A DNA stretch of 64,000 nucleotides from positions 29,049 through 93,048 of the forward strand of contig DATKIP010000012.1 in NCBI GenBank assembly GCA_035544015.1. The letters are read 5' to 3'. The DNA is from Candidatus Saccharimonadia bacterium (GTDB lineage: Bacteria; Patescibacteriota; Saccharimonadia; UBA4664). The notes beneath the pieces are model-generated. The model was not told the origin of the DNA and made no database searches. It worked only from the letters and a program-made list of their open reading frames with translations. Shown here piece after piece: positions 32,881 through 45,535 of the stretch; position 1 is the first letter of the stretch; each line of letters starts with the position of its first letter. The position numbers and the translations under genes are program-made.

Positions 32881-33717
32881 CTAGCGCGATTTACGGCCAA
32901 AATTAAGCCACTTCTGCTTGCGAGCGTGATTGGCCTCGGCCGCCAAACCAGCCGGCACTTCCTTGGCCGATCCCGTCAGCAACCAAATCCCCCACACCAC
33001 CCCAACCACCATCATCAAGAGGGGCCAGAGCCGCCACGACAGATAGCTCGCACGCTCATAGGCAAACAAGCACGTCGCCAGCCCTATCCAACCCACCGTC
33101 TGCGCCGCCACAAACACCCGCGCCCGAAAACGCTTCATAACCGTCGATTTGCGATACTTACGTGCCAGCACCACGCGCAAAATCAACCCTCCAACCACCA
33201 AGGCACCAAACACCACCAGATAGGCCCATAATTCGTACCGCACCGGCAAAACCCGCACAAACGTCCCGAACTTGCCCAAATGGTCATAATTAAACAACAT
33301 CGCCAATGCCACACCCACGGCCGCACCCACCGTCACCTCGCGCGGCTGATGACCCAAAATCTCCCGGATACGCGGCGGCGGCTCGTCGAGCTTAAAACGG
33401 TTTCGGTCGAGATTTTGCAGCAGCATATTGAGCGCCATGGCCTGCTCACCCGAGGAGCGCCGTACCCCAAACGAATCGTACATCACGATCACGGCCAAAA
33501 TCGCCGTCAATCCAAACAGGTGACTACCCGCACCATCCACCAAAAATGACGTGGTAGCAAGCGAAGTCACAACCGCCGAATGAACGCTCGGCATACCGCC
33601 CGAGGCATAGAGATACCGGAAGTCGATACGGCCCTTCATGGCCTCGATCGCAAACTTAGCGACCTGTGCTACCGCCCATGTAGCGAGCGGAACAGCGATA
33701 TAGGGATTGTAAACCAC
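32881..33717 (-). CDS. Divergent PAP2 (DUF212/YuiD-like) membrane protein with extra C-terminal TM region
   Basis: YASGGMPSVHSAVVTSLA is the YuiD-type divergent PAP2 signature. Confidence 0.7.
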   Translation of the reverse strand: MVYNPYIAVPLATWAVAQVAKFAIEAMKGRIDFRYLYASGGMPSVHSAVVTSLATTSFLVDGAGSHLFGLTAILAVIVMYDSFGVRRSSGEQAMALNMLLQNLDRNRFKLDEPPPRIREILGHQPREVTVGAAVGVALAMLFNYDHLGKFGTFVRVLPVRYELWAYLVVFGALVVGGLILRVVLARKYRKSTVMKRFRARVFVAAQTVGWIGLATCLFAYERASYLSWRLWPLLMMVVGVVWGIWLLTGSAKEVPAGLAAEANHARKQKWLNFGRKSR

Positions 33718-33783
33718 CTGGCTTCTCCTGATACAGTACGCCTATTGTAGCGGTTTTTCGGCCTCAACAACAGATAGGTTAAA

Positions 33784-36018
33784 TTATCGCCGCTTAAGTT
33801 TGCGATCAATGGTGGCAAGCGCCCCCGCCACCAGCATCACGAGCGCCGAGATGATAAACATGAAGCTCATGTTTTTGGCCTTGGTTTCAGCCAACACTGC
33901 CTTGGGCGAAGTTTGCGCCGCCGCCGTTAGCACCGTGCCGTTGCCGCCTGCTGTCACCTGGGTCGCCGCACCAGCCACCGCACCGCCGCTACTACCCGCC
34001 ACCAGTGGCTTCACAAACGCCAGCAGGCCCACCGCCGGCACAGCGGTACTGGGCGCCGACGACGACGCGGTTGCATTCATAGACGCCTTGCCGGCCTCGG
34101 TCGAGAATCCGCCTGCCGCCGTGTCGTTGTTGACGTCACCGGTCCAGTCGCCAAAGACGTTGATCACGAGCACCCCAAACCAGTGCTTCACGTTGAGAAC
34201 CGCGTTAAAGAAGTTGGCCACACTCGAATTAGCCGAGGCATCACCGGTCGTCACATTGCCCACACCCGTGTTGTGATCCACATTGGCATCGCCGCTCTGT
34301 GCGTTCACGTTAACGTTGTTGGTAATGCTGCCGGTAGCATTTTGGTTGATCGTGACGTCCGAGCCGTTGTTTACGTTCACGGCGTTGTTCGAACCAGCAC
34401 CGGTGTCGTTGATCCCCACGTTGGCGTTGCCGGTAAGCAGCGCAGTCTGGGTGCTACCCGTACCGGGCAGGGTCATAATTTTGCCCACCCAGTGGCCCAA
34501 CACGTTCACCATCACCAGCACTGCATTGTCGCCAAAAATAGTGTTATTGGCCAGGTTAAACAAGCTCTGGGTCGTGGAAGCGGCGCCGGTCTGCACATCG
34601 CCCACGCCCGTGTTGGCATCCACGTTCGCCGCACCCGTACCGGCTGTGGTCGAGATATTGTTGTTTACTCCATTGGTGCTTGTGCTATTGATGGTCGTCG
34701 AGCCACCATTATTGATGTTCACCTGGTTGTTCGAATCTGGCCCCGTACCCCCGATGCCCACCGTTGAAGACGTCAGCAGCCCATTCAGGAACCCATCCGG
34801 AAACAGGATGTCACCGTTGAGGTTGCCAAGAATGTTAAGCACTCCGAAAAACGAGCTCCCAGAGCTAATAAACGAGTTGATGAGGTTAATAATATTCACT
34901 TCAGCCGCCGCATTCCCCGTACCCACATTGCCAGCCAAGGTATTGCCAGACACATTCGCGTTACCACTTTGCGCGTTCAGATCGACATTGTTGGTAATAT
35001 TACCCGAGCTCTGGGCGTTAACATTAAGCCCACCCGGGTTGTTCACGTCCACCGTATTATTCGAACCCGAACCCGTACCGTCAATATTGACGTTCGTGCC
35101 GCCCAGTTGGCCACCCCCGCCCTGAACCGTCTGCGTGGGGTTGAGCGTAATATCGCCGGTGTGAGGCGCAAAGAACGTCTGCATAAAGAAGCTCAAATTG
35201 CCGTTCGACCACGACCAAGCCGAAGCCAACAGGTTGATGAGGTTGGCCACCACCGTGGCCGCACCGGTTGAGGTATTACCCACCTGCGTATTGCTCGTAG
35301 CCGACGCGTCACCGGAAGCCGCATTGCTCTGCAGCGTGTTAATCACGTTCACCAGGCTTGTGAAATCAAACCAACTCTGGCCGCCGCCCGCCGCGCTGGC
35401 CTGGGTAGCCGCACCAGCCCCCGCAGCACTAGCGCCCGCAGGCAGCAAAATGCCACCGCCACCGGTCGTGAGCAACCCAAGCGCCTTGGCCGTCTGGTAG
35501 TCCTGCGAACCCACAACCAGATCACCCAGCACGGTATGAACCACGTTGGGGGCCGTCAAATAGGTTGGGTTGCCGGCTGCCACCGACGCCGGAACGATCT
35601 CGTACCAGCTGGTGTGCTTATCAAAGTAATACAGCGGCGAGAGGTAATACCCCGTAGCCTTATCGCAGCTAAAGGTACTCTTATCGGCCGCCACCCAGAC
35701 ACGGCTCACCGTATCAAACACCCAGCTCGGGATCACGCCGCCGCACCCATCCGGACCAATGTCGGTAGATTTTTTCTTGGGCGTCGGAGTGGGCGTGGGA
35801 GTCGAGCTCGGCTCGGGCGAGGCCGAAGGCTCAGGCGAGGCGCTGGGGCTCGGCGAGGCCTCAGGCGACGGCGAAGGATTGGCCGACGGACTTGGCGACA
35901 CCGACGGGCTCGGCGACGGTGTCGCGTCGTCTTCGGCCGCAGCCGCGGTCGTCCAGCCCAATTGAGCCACGATCATAAGCGCTGCTAACGTTGCTGAAAA
36001 AAATTTACGGTATCTCAT
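33784..36018 (-). CDS. Secreted repeat protein (744 aa): signal peptide, PS-rich linker, Cys-containing globular domain, four curlin-like N/G/T-rich repeat units each ending in a hydrophobic motif, C-terminal TM anchor
   Basis: MRYRKFFSATLAALMIVAQLGWTTAAAA, then (SPSP)n. Repeats such as TGPDSNNQVNINNGG...NTGVGDVQTGAAS, INDTGAGSNNAVNVNNGSDV..NAQSGDANVDHNTGVGNVTTGDASA, and NAQSGNANVSGNTLAGNVGTGNAAA. Hydrophobic motifs INLINSFISSGSSFFGVLNILGNL. C-terminal FMFIISALVMLVAGALATIDRKLKRR. Confidence 0.6.
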   Translation of the reverse strand: MRYRKFFSATLAALMIVAQLGWTTAAAAEDDATPSPSPSVSPSPSANPSPSPEASPSPSASPEPSASPEPSSTPTPTPTPKKKSTDIGPDGCGGVIPSWVFDTVSRVWVAADKSTFSCDKATGYYLSPLYYFDKHTSWYEIVPASVAAGNPTYLTAPNVVHTVLGDLVVGSQDYQTAKALGLLTTGGGGILLPAGASAAGAGAATQASAAGGGQSWFDFTSLVNVINTLQSNAASGDASATSNTQVGNTSTGAATVVANLINLLASAWSWSNGNLSFFMQTFFAPHTGDITLNPTQTVQGGGGQLGGTNVNIDGTGSGSNNTVDVNNPGGLNVNAQSSGNITNNVDLNAQSGNANVSGNTLAGNVGTGNAAAEVNIINLINSFISSGSSFFGVLNILGNLNGDILFPDGFLNGLLTSSTVGIGGTGPDSNNQVNINNGGSTTINSTSTNGVNNNISTTAGTGAANVDANTGVGDVQTGAASTTQSLFNLANNTIFGDNAVLVMVNVLGHWVGKIMTLPGTGSTQTALLTGNANVGINDTGAGSNNAVNVNNGSDVTINQNATGSITNNVNVNAQSGDANVDHNTGVGNVTTGDASANSSVANFFNAVLNVKHWFGVLVINVFGDWTGDVNNDTAAGGFSTEAGKASMNATASSSAPSTAVPAVGLLAFVKPLVAGSSGGAVAGAATQVTAGGNGTVLTAAAQTSPKAVLAETKAKNMSFMFIISALVMLVAGALATIDRKLKRR

Positions 36019-36138
36019 GGGTAACTGCCTCTCCCCCTTTTACGATCTTACTAACGTGCTGGTCAGATAATTGCTGGGCAGGGAGCGCTAAGCGCTCCCT
36101 GCGGGAACCAAAACCCCCTGCAGGGTCAAATCACCAAA

Positions 36139-36729
36139 CTAGTTGGTGAAGTTGACGACCGTGCTGGTGGTGCTGGTGTTCGCAGCACTACCCGTAGAAA
36201 CGCCACCGGCGGTGGTGTTGTGAGAAGCGCTAGCGTTACCGCTCTGGGCACCCTGGACGGTAACGTTGCTCACCTGAGCCTCGTTCACGTTGGTGACTGT
36301 CACGTTGTGCTCGTTGTTGACGTGCACTTGGTTGTTCGAGTCAGGACCAGTGGTGCTCATGGTAACCACGGTCGGGTCGGCAGCACCCCAGCCAGCGAGA
36401 GCCGACAGGCCGGCGCCCATGCCGTTGTTCACACCGACGACCGTCGAGGTGGTGCTGACGTTCGCAGCGTTGCCCGAACCTACACCGCCAACGGTGGTGT
36501 TCTGGTGAGCCGAAGCATCACCCGAAGCGGCACCCTGGCCGGTGAAGTTGCCTACGGCAGCCACGTTCAGGTTGGTGCTGTCGAAGTTGCTGCTGTTGTG
36601 CAGGACAACTTCCTGGTTCGAGTCGGGGCCGGTGTGGTCGAACGTTACGGTGCTGGCGGCGGCGAAGCCGGCCATGCTTACGGTAGCCATACCAATGGCT
36701 GCGTAGCGGAGGATAGAAGTCTTAATCAT
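36139..36729 (-). CDS. Secreted curlin-like repeat protein (196 aa), candidate major subunit
   Basis: Signal peptide MIKTSILRYAAIGMATVSMAGFAAA. Two repeats: TGPDSNQEVVLHNSSNFDSTNLNVAAVGNFTGQGAASGDASAHQNTTVGGVGSGNAANVSTTSTVV and TGPDSNNQVHVNNEHNVTVTNVNEAQVSNVTVQGAQSGNASASHNTTAGGVSTGSAANTSTTSTVV. Followed by a perfect 10-bp stem-loop (36079-36101). Confidence 0.6.
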   Translation of the reverse strand: MIKTSILRYAAIGMATVSMAGFAAASTVTFDHTGPDSNQEVVLHNSSNFDSTNLNVAAVGNFTGQGAASGDASAHQNTTVGGVGSGNAANVSTTSTVVGVNNGMGAGLSALAGWGAADPTVVTMSTTGPDSNNQVHVNNEHNVTVTNVNEAQVSNVTVQGAQSGNASASHNTTAGGVSTGSAANTSTTSTVVNFTN

Positions 36730-36793
36730 TGTTAAGATCCTTTCGTTTAGTTTATGTAGGTCTTTAGTACCGGGCCCGAGGGCCCGCCGGTCA

Positions 36794-37306
36794 CTACTGC
36801 GAAACGCTCACGTGATCGGCACCAGTACTAAAGATCGAAGTATTGTTGTAGCTCGAGGAACCATTGTTCGAGCTGTAGCTGGAGCCATAAACCTGGGTAA
36901 CCCCTGAATTTGTGCCTCCGCTGGTTTGCGAGCTCATGTTGATTTCAACATTGCCGCTCTGGTTGTTCGAGGTATCCCCGCTGGTGCCACTGTCATTCGT
37001 GGTAATCCGAGTGTGTCCACCAGACACCTCAACATGGGCCTTACCGTTACCTGCCGGCACATCGGCGCTTCCATCCCTATCGGTTGGAACCTGTGTGCCG
37101 TTAACCGTGACCGTCGAGGCGGCGGTCGGTGCGGGCGACTCGGCAGTTTGGGCCTGGACCGTAGCTGAGTTAGCCCCAGTCACGGCCGCCTTTGAGCCCC
37201 GGCCGCCGGTCTGACCGCTGACCATCAAAGCCAGCCCCAACGTCACAACTCCCGCCGGCAGTACCCATTTGGCTTTTTTAATGTCCGTGAAACTCACCTT
37301 TTTCAT
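36794..37306 (-). CDS. Secreted low-complexity S/G/N/T-rich protein (170 aa)
   Basis: Signal peptide MKKVSFTDIKKAKWVLPAGVVTLGLALMVSG. No TM. Followed by hairpin 36770-36790. Confidence 0.5.
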   Translation of the reverse strand: MKKVSFTDIKKAKWVLPAGVVTLGLALMVSGQTGGRGSKAAVTGANSATVQAQTAESPAPTAASTVTVNGTQVPTDRDGSADVPAGNGKAHVEVSGGHTRITTNDSGTSGDTSNNQSGNVEINMSSQTSGGTNSGVTQVYGSSYSSNNGSSSYNNTSIFSTGADHVSVSQ

Positions 37307-37310
37307 CTCT

Positions 37311-37979
37311 CTATACCCTCTCTTCTCTTCGCCGGGCGTACCAGGCGCTGCCCAATGCTCCGAGCAAGCTCAAAAGCGTGGCTGTTAGCAGCATGGCGCC
37401 GGTGAAAAGACGTGAACCTTTGGCTAATGCCGCTGTCGGGGCCGCACCTTGCGGATGCCAAGCAGCCCGCAAAGCCGACACGTCCATAGGCACGGACGCG
37501 CCCACTGCGGGCAATGTCGCAGCGCCGGCACCAAGGCCGCCAACGGTCGAAGCGCCGAGGACACTACCGCCGCCGGTCGTCGAGCCGTTGCTCACTCCGC
37601 CAGTGCTACCGCTACCAGGGTTGGTGCCAGTACCAGGCCCAACCACGGGCGGCACGCCGGGCGTGTTCGAAACCCCAATCGTGGTAGTGGTGTCGTTGTT
37701 GTTCGAGGCATTACCCGACTGAACCAGACCGCCAACGCTGGTATTACTGTTGGCCGAAGCCCCACCGGACGTCGCTTGCTGAACATTTTCATTCGTCACC
37801 TGCACAATGTTCGTATTGCTCACACTTACGTTCGACGAATTGTCGATAACTACCTGTTGGTTCGAACCCGGACCGGTAGTACCGATCGAAACATTATCCG
37901 CGGCCAAAGCCGAACCGGAGACGCCAAAGGCCAAACCACACACCACCGAGGCCGCACCCAAATATCGTCGTACTATCAT
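37311..37979 (-). CDS. Curlin-like repeat protein with signal peptide and C-terminal TM anchor plus basic tail (222 aa)
   Basis: MIVRRYLGAASVVCGLAFGVSGSALAA; TGPGSNQQVVIDNSSNVSVSNTNIVQVTNENVQQATSGGASANSNTSVG; C-terminal LFTGAMLLTATLLSLLGALGSAWYARRREERV. Start overlaps the upstream stop (ATGA). Confidence 0.55.
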   Translation of the reverse strand: MIVRRYLGAASVVCGLAFGVSGSALAADNVSIGTTGPGSNQQVVIDNSSNVSVSNTNIVQVTNENVQQATSGGASANSNTSVGGLVQSGNASNNNDTTTTIGVSNTPGVPPVVGPGTGTNPGSGSTGGVSNGSTTGGGSVLGASTVGGLGAGAATLPAVGASVPMDVSALRAAWHPQGAAPTAALAKGSRLFTGAMLLTATLLSLLGALGSAWYARRREERV

Positions 37980-38980
37980 ATGTATCTCCTCCTTTCTAAA
38001 AGCGTTGGGAGCACAGAAGTTAAGCTTTTCGTCTCTGACACCATAAAAATTGGGCTATGCGTTGACCGAATGGCCGTTACATAACCCAAGGGGAATGGTG
38101 TAGCGAAAAAAGTCTTTACCATGGCACTGGCCACATCGCTCCGAGCAGCATGAGCATAGCCGCCCTGCCGCATCCAGGTTCCGAATACCGATACTACCCG
38201 CCGGAGTGCGAGCGAGACCATCAGGGCCAATACCATCAAACTAACCACCAGCCCCACAGGAGCCGCATCCAGAGCAATCAAAAAGTACGGAACCACGCTA
38301 CCAGCCAGCGTCAACGTAAGCCGTCCAAACACTCCCGTAGGCTGCTGCGGCGCCGGAACATTGCTGGGCTTTTGGGCTACTGCCGGCGCCGAAGGAAGCG
38401 CCGTCGCCAAATCTTCCACCACAGCCGGCCGGCCGGTAGTAATACGAGGCTGAATCGTCAATACGGCAGCATGATAACGAGCCGCGGCCGCCTGCCCGTC
38501 AGCACCCGAAGCCATCCCACCCCCGCCGGACGCAGCGCCACTACTCGTCGGCACGTTCACGGTAATCGTAGCCGGACCCTCATGGCTCGGCGCCGCCACG
38601 CCAGCATCGCCGTCGGACGGCTGAGTGGGCTGGACCGGATCGGGCACGGTCGCCGCCCCCAAACCACCACCCGATGCATCAGACTCTGGTTGCCCAACGA
38701 CAGCTCCGTTGCCTAATCCCGGCGCATTATCAGACCCACCCGTCGGACCAGAAACACCAGGCGTTGACCCAGCACGCGGCTCTGCGCTCGCCCGGGGAGA
38801 ATCATCCACGGCCAGCTTCACCAAGGGCACCTCAGCCGCACTCGCCTCGGCTTGGGTAGGAGTTTGAGAAATCACGCCTGCGCCACCATCGGCGGCGTAC
38901 GCGCTACCACTCAAAACTACCGCCAAACCGCCACTAGCGGCAAGGCTAAGAAGGACCTCTACTGACTTTGCTAACCTCAT
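37976..38980 (-). CDS. Secreted/membrane protein (334 aa): signal peptide, Gly/Ala/Pro-rich region, C-terminal multi-TM segment. First gene of the operon.
   Basis: MRLAKSVEVLLSLAASGGLAVVLSGSAYAA, then a low-complexity region, then VVPYFLIALDAAPVGLVVSLMVLALMVSLAL. Preceded by a 240-nt AT-rich promoter region. Confidence 0.5.
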   Translation of the reverse strand: MRLAKSVEVLLSLAASGGLAVVLSGSAYAADGGAGVISQTPTQAEASAAEVPLVKLAVDDSPRASAEPRAGSTPGVSGPTGGSDNAPGLGNGAVVGQPESDASGGGLGAATVPDPVQPTQPSDGDAGVAAPSHEGPATITVNVPTSSGAASGGGGMASGADGQAAAARYHAAVLTIQPRITTGRPAVVEDLATALPSAPAVAQKPSNVPAPQQPTGVFGRLTLTLAGSVVPYFLIALDAAPVGLVVSLMVLALMVSLALRRVVSVFGTWMRQGGYAHAARSDVASAMVKTFFATPFPLGYVTAIRSTHSPIFMVSETKSLTSVLPTLLERRRYI

Positions 38981-39223
38981 GCAACCCCTCGATCAATAGT
39001 GAACGTAGAACCATCAGTGCAACTGACACATACCCAACATTAGCCCTATGTCTGATGCCCAACATTGGATGTATTAACAAAAGATTAAATAAAAATTAAC
39101 TTATTTATTGTGAGTTTAACTATAAATACGTACGACTCTTCGCCCTCAGGCTCGTATCTCAACAACAGATACGTAGCCGGCGGATGGTCGCGCTGGAACA
39201 ATTACTAGCCCCGAAAGTAAAAG

Positions 39224-41758
39224 CTACTCAGCCGACTCAGGCTCAGTCACCGCCACAGCATCCTCAAGCTCAGTCTCGCCCACCAGCGCCACCGACGCCA
39301 CCTTATCGTCCTCAGCCATCCGCATCACCCGCACGCCCTGAGTCGCCCGGCCGATGAGCGAAATGTTGGCCAGCGCCATCCGGATCACCTGACCCTGGGT
39401 ACTCACCACCACCACCTCATTGCGCGGATCACTAATCCCCCGCACGTCCACCGTCTTACCGGTCTTGGCCGTCACCACGCCCGCCTTAATGCCTACGCCG
39501 CCACGCGCATGCGTCGCAAATTGATCCACCTTGGTGCGCTTGCCGTAGCCGTTTTCCATCACCACCAGCATCTCCATACCGGCGCGTACCACATCCATGC
39601 CCACCGCAGTATCACCGCTACGCAGTCGAATACCCCGCACGCCGCGCGTTGCCCGGCCCATCGGCCGCACTTCACTCTCCTTAAACCGAATCGCCTGCGC
39701 CAACGCCGTCGAAATAATAATCTCGTCTTTGCCACTCGTCAGCTTCACCCATTTCAGCTCATCGCCGTCGTCCAGCTTGATCGCAATCAAACCATTCGCC
39801 CGCACATTCGCGTAATCCGCCAAGGGCGTCTTCTTCACGGTTCCCAGCTTGGTCGCCATAAACAAATACAAATGGTCCACTTTGCTATCAAATGTCACAA
39901 GCGACGTCACCTTTTCGCCTTGTCCCAGCTGCAGCAGATTCACCACCGGCTGGCCTTTGGCCGTTCGCGAAGCTGCCGGAATTTCGTAAACCTTCAGGCG
40001 GAATACCCGGCCTTTATTGGTAAAGAACAGCATGTAGTCGTGGTTTTGCGTCAGGAGTAGGTGCTCCACCACATCTTCTTCTTTGGTGGTCATACCCATA
40101 ATGCCCTTACCGCCACGGCCCTGACTCTTGTAAGTGTTCGCCGGAATGCGCTTGATATAATTGCCCGTTGTAAGCGTGACAATGACTTGTTCGTTTGGCA
40201 CCAGCTCCTCTTCCGAGAACTTGCCCAATTCACTTCCCACAATCTGTGTGCGCCGGTCGTCGCCATATTTGGCCTTGATCTCTTCCAGCTCCTCTCGAAT
40301 CACTCGCAAAATCTCGCTTTCGCTAGCCAAAATCTTCTCCAGCTCAGCAATCAGCTTGCGCAGCTCTGCCAGCTCGTCTTCGATGCGTTGGCGCTCCAGG
40401 CCCGCCAGCGACCGCAGCTGCATACCCAAGATCGCCTTGGCCTGAATCTCGCTGAGCTTAAACCGCTCCATCAAATTCGTACGCGCCTCATCGGTCGTCT
40501 GCGAAGCCCGAATCACTTTGATGACCTCATCGATGTGATCCAGCGCCAGCTTGAACCCTTCCAGGATGTGCGCCCGATCCTTGGCTTTGCGAAGCTCAAA
40601 CTCCGTACGCCGCCGCACCACAATCTGCCGGTGCTTCAGGTATTCGCGCAGCATCATTTCCAGGCTCAGCACCCGCGGCTGACGGCCGTTGTCCACCAAC
40701 GCCAGCATGTTCAGGTGGAAAGCCGTCTGCATCGGCGTCAGCTTATAGAGCTGGTTGAGCACTTTCTTCGGGTAGCTGTCTTTCTTGAGGTCAATCACCA
40801 CCTTCGTACCATGGCGGTTGCTTTCGTCGCGCAAGTCGCTAATGCCCACCACGCGCTTGTCTTTCACCAGCTCGGCAATTTTCTCCACCATCGTAGCGCG
40901 GTTCACGGCGTAGGGAATCTCGGTGATCACAATCGACTCGTGACCCTTTTTGTCTTCCTTGATCTCCGCCTTGGCCCGCACCACCACACTGCCCTTGCCT
41001 GTACCATACGCCTGCCGAATCGAATCATTGCCAAAAATAATGCCGCCGGTCGGAAAATCCGGACCTTTCACGCAGGTCAGTAGGTCGTCGAGCGTCACAT
41101 CTTCTTTGTCGATGATCATCACGATCGCGTCTACCAGCTCGCTCAAATTGTGCGGCGGAATGTTGGTAGCCATGCCCACGGCGATACCCATCTGGCCGTT
41201 GAGCAAAAGGTTTGGCAGCTTGGCCGGCAACACCGACGGCTGCTTCTTTGAGCCGTCATAGTTGGGCACGAAGTCCACCGTGTCTTTTTCGATATCGAAG
41301 AGCATCTCCTCGGCAATCCCCGCCATCCGCGCCTCGGTATAGCGCATGGCGGCCGGCGAGTCGCCGTCCATTGAGCCAAAGTTACCCTGGCCATCCACCA
41401 GCGGGTAGCGCATCGAAAAATCCTGCGCCATACGCACCATGGCGTCGTAAATAGCACTGTCGCCGTGCGGGTGGTAATTACCCATCACATCACCCACTAC
41501 CGACGCGCTCTTGCGATATTTGGCCGTATGCCGCAGGCCCAAATTATTCATCACATAGAGAATTCGCCTATGCACGGGCTTTAATCCATCGCGCACATCT
41601 GGCAGCGCCCGCGACACAATCACCGACATCGCATACGCCAAATAGCTCGTTTCCATCTCGGTCTCGAGTTTTTGCATCCGCACCGTGCCGATGTCGGTCT
41701 TGATGACTTCGGGCTCTTCTTCCGGATTTTCTAGGTTTTCGATTTGCTCTTCGTCCAT
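39224..41758 (-). CDS. gyrA: DNA gyrase subunit A
   Basis: [40 protein letters not shown], active-site region ...[10 protein letters not shown], and C-terminal beta-pinwheel repeats. Immediately downstream of gyrB. Confidence 0.95.
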   Translation of the reverse strand: MDEEQIENLENPEEEPEVIKTDIGTVRMQKLETEMETSYLAYAMSVIVSRALPDVRDGLKPVHRRILYVMNNLGLRHTAKYRKSASVVGDVMGNYHPHGDSAIYDAMVRMAQDFSMRYPLVDGQGNFGSMDGDSPAAMRYTEARMAGIAEEMLFDIEKDTVDFVPNYDGSKKQPSVLPAKLPNLLLNGQMGIAVGMATNIPPHNLSELVDAIVMIIDKEDVTLDDLLTCVKGPDFPTGGIIFGNDSIRQAYGTGKGSVVVRAKAEIKEDKKGHESIVITEIPYAVNRATMVEKIAELVKDKRVVGISDLRDESNRHGTKVVIDLKKDSYPKKVLNQLYKLTPMQTAFHLNMLALVDNGRQPRVLSLEMMLREYLKHRQIVVRRRTEFELRKAKDRAHILEGFKLALDHIDEVIKVIRASQTTDEARTNLMERFKLSEIQAKAILGMQLRSLAGLERQRIEDELAELRKLIAELEKILASESEILRVIREELEEIKAKYGDDRRTQIVGSELGKFSEEELVPNEQVIVTLTTGNYIKRIPANTYKSQGRGGKGIMGMTTKEEDVVEHLLLTQNHDYMLFFTNKGRVFRLKVYEIPAASRTAKGQPVVNLLQLGQGEKVTSLVTFDSKVDHLYLFMATKLGTVKKTPLADYANVRANGLIAIKLDDGDELKWVKLTSGKDEIIISTALAQAIRFKESEVRPMGRATRGVRGIRLRSGDTAVGMDVVRAGMEMLVVMENGYGKRTKVDQFATHARGGVGIKAGVVTAKTGKTVDVRGISDPRNEVVVVSTQGQVIRMALANISLIGRATQGVRVMRMAEDDKVASVALVGETELEDAVAVTEPESAE

Positions 41759-41768
41759 GCCAGTTCCC

Positions 41769-43910
<2,142 letters not shown>

Positions 43911-43990
43911 TCAACAAAAAGGGAGCTTTTGGCTCGGCTTTACCCCCATTATACCGCCCGTGACTATCTGGAGCAAATAACCACCCTCGT

Positions 43991-45535
43991 TTGCCAGATC
44001 AGCCTCGAAGCCGTACAATTGCGCTAATGTTTAGAAAGATCGTTTCTCAGCTCTCGCTATCACCGAGTGCCGTCAGCCAGCTGACGTTCTACGCGCGTCG
44101 CCTGGGCAAGGAACGTGTCACACGCACGTTCACCGTGATCGCCGGCGTGCTGCTGGTGGGCCTCCAAAGTGCCGTCGTACTCGGCCCGCCCACCCCCTCC
44201 AACGCCGCCTCCCCGAGCGACATCATCCACGGCGGCATCGTCTCCCAGGCCGACCTTCTCAACCGCTACGACGAGAGCGCTGAGCTCCAGGCTATCTACA
44301 ACCGCCTCGGCATCAGCCGTGCCGACCTCCAAAACACCAAAAAAGCCACGGTCAACACCAAGGATCGCACCCTCAAATCTATCGGCCGCAGCCAGCACTC
44401 CGCCAGCGACTACGAAGTCACCATCGGGACCCACACCTATTGGATGCAGCCCCTGTACCAATGGGATACCGGCTCCAATGTTTACAACGGCTCAAACTAC
44501 GACGTACTCCAAGGCACCCGCTCACGCGACGGCAGCTATTTTGCCGTCATGTTCCACTGCGGCAATATTATCAGCAAAACTTACCCACCAACCCCAACCC
44601 CCACCCCCAAACCGACACCCAAGCCAACTCCCAAACCTACACCGACCCCCACCCCAAAGCCCACGCCAACACCCAAACCCAACACGCCCACGCTAGCCTG
44701 TGTCAAACTCACCCCCAGCACCACTTCGGGCGATGTGCCGCTGAAGGTAAATTACACCGGCTCCGGCACCGCTACCGGCCAAACCGTGGCCTCCTACAGC
44801 TTCGATTTCGGCGACAATAGCCCCACCGCCACGAGCGCCGCTCCCGCCGCTAGTCATACCTACACCACAGCCGGCAGTTTCGTCGCCACCATGCGCGTCA
44901 AAGGCTCGTTGGGCGCCACCACTGCCGTCACCAGCGCCTGCAGCGCCACCATTACTACCGCTGCCATTCCGCCGAGCTTCACCAAGGCCAAATCTGCCCT
45001 CAACCTCACCCAAAACATCGACGCCGTCACCAAGCCCGCAGGTGCCGGTGACCTCGTCAAATACCACCTCAGCACCAAAAATATCGGCGGCAGCGCTGGC
45101 GACTACACCGTCGTGGAACACATTACCGATGTGCTCGAATACGCCGACGTTACCGACCTCACCGGGGCCACCCTCACCGACGGCGTACTCACGTGGCCGG
45201 CGCAGTCCATTGCCCCCGACGCCACCCTCGTGACCACCTTCACGGTCAAAATCAAAGACCCCATCCCCACCACTCCCGTCGGCATCTCCGACAAAAATTC
45301 CTTCGACCTCCGCCTCGACAACGTCTACGGCACCACCGTCCAGATCACCCTCACTCCCCCACCCGCCAAGCAAGTTGAAATCGCCGCCGCTACCCTCCCA
45401 GACACGGGTGGCGCCACCAGCACCCTCGTCGTACTCCTCGTGAGCGGGCTCAGTCTCTTCTTCTACTTCCGCAACCGCCAACTCCTCACCGAAATCAAAT
45501 TACTACGCGGCGAATTCCAAGGAGGAACCCAGTAA
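43991..45535 (+). CDS. LPXTG-anchored surface protein with PT linker, PKD domain and DUF11-like repeat (sortase substrate). Likely start at MFRK, about 44027.
   Basis: C-terminal LPDTGGATSTLVVLLVSGLSLFFYFRNRQ is a sorting signal. YSFDFGDNSPTATSAAPAASHTYTTAGSFVATMRV is a PKD motif. TPTPTPKPTPKPTPKPTPTPTPKP linker. Confidence 0.75.
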   Translation: MPDQPRSRTIALMFRKIVSQLSLSPSAVSQLTFYARRLGKERVTRTFTVIAGVLLVGLQSAVVLGPPTPSNAASPSDIIHGGIVSQADLLNRYDESAELQAIYNRLGISRADLQNTKKATVNTKDRTLKSIGRSQHSASDYEVTIGTHTYWMQPLYQWDTGSNVYNGSNYDVLQGTRSRDGSYFAVMFHCGNIISKTYPPTPTPTPKPTPKPTPKPTPTPTPKPTPTPKPNTPTLACVKLTPSTTSGDVPLKVNYTGSGTATGQTVASYSFDFGDNSPTATSAAPAASHTYTTAGSFVATMRVKGSLGATTAVTSACSATITTAAIPPSFTKAKSALNLTQNIDAVTKPAGAGDLVKYHLSTKNIGGSAGDYTVVEHITDVLEYADVTDLTGATLTDGVLTWPAQSIAPDATLVTTFTVKIKDPIPTTPVGISDKNSFDLRLDNVYGTTVQITLTPPPAKQVEIAAATLPDTGGATSTLVVLLVSGLSLFFYFRNRQLLTEIKLLRGEFQGGTQ

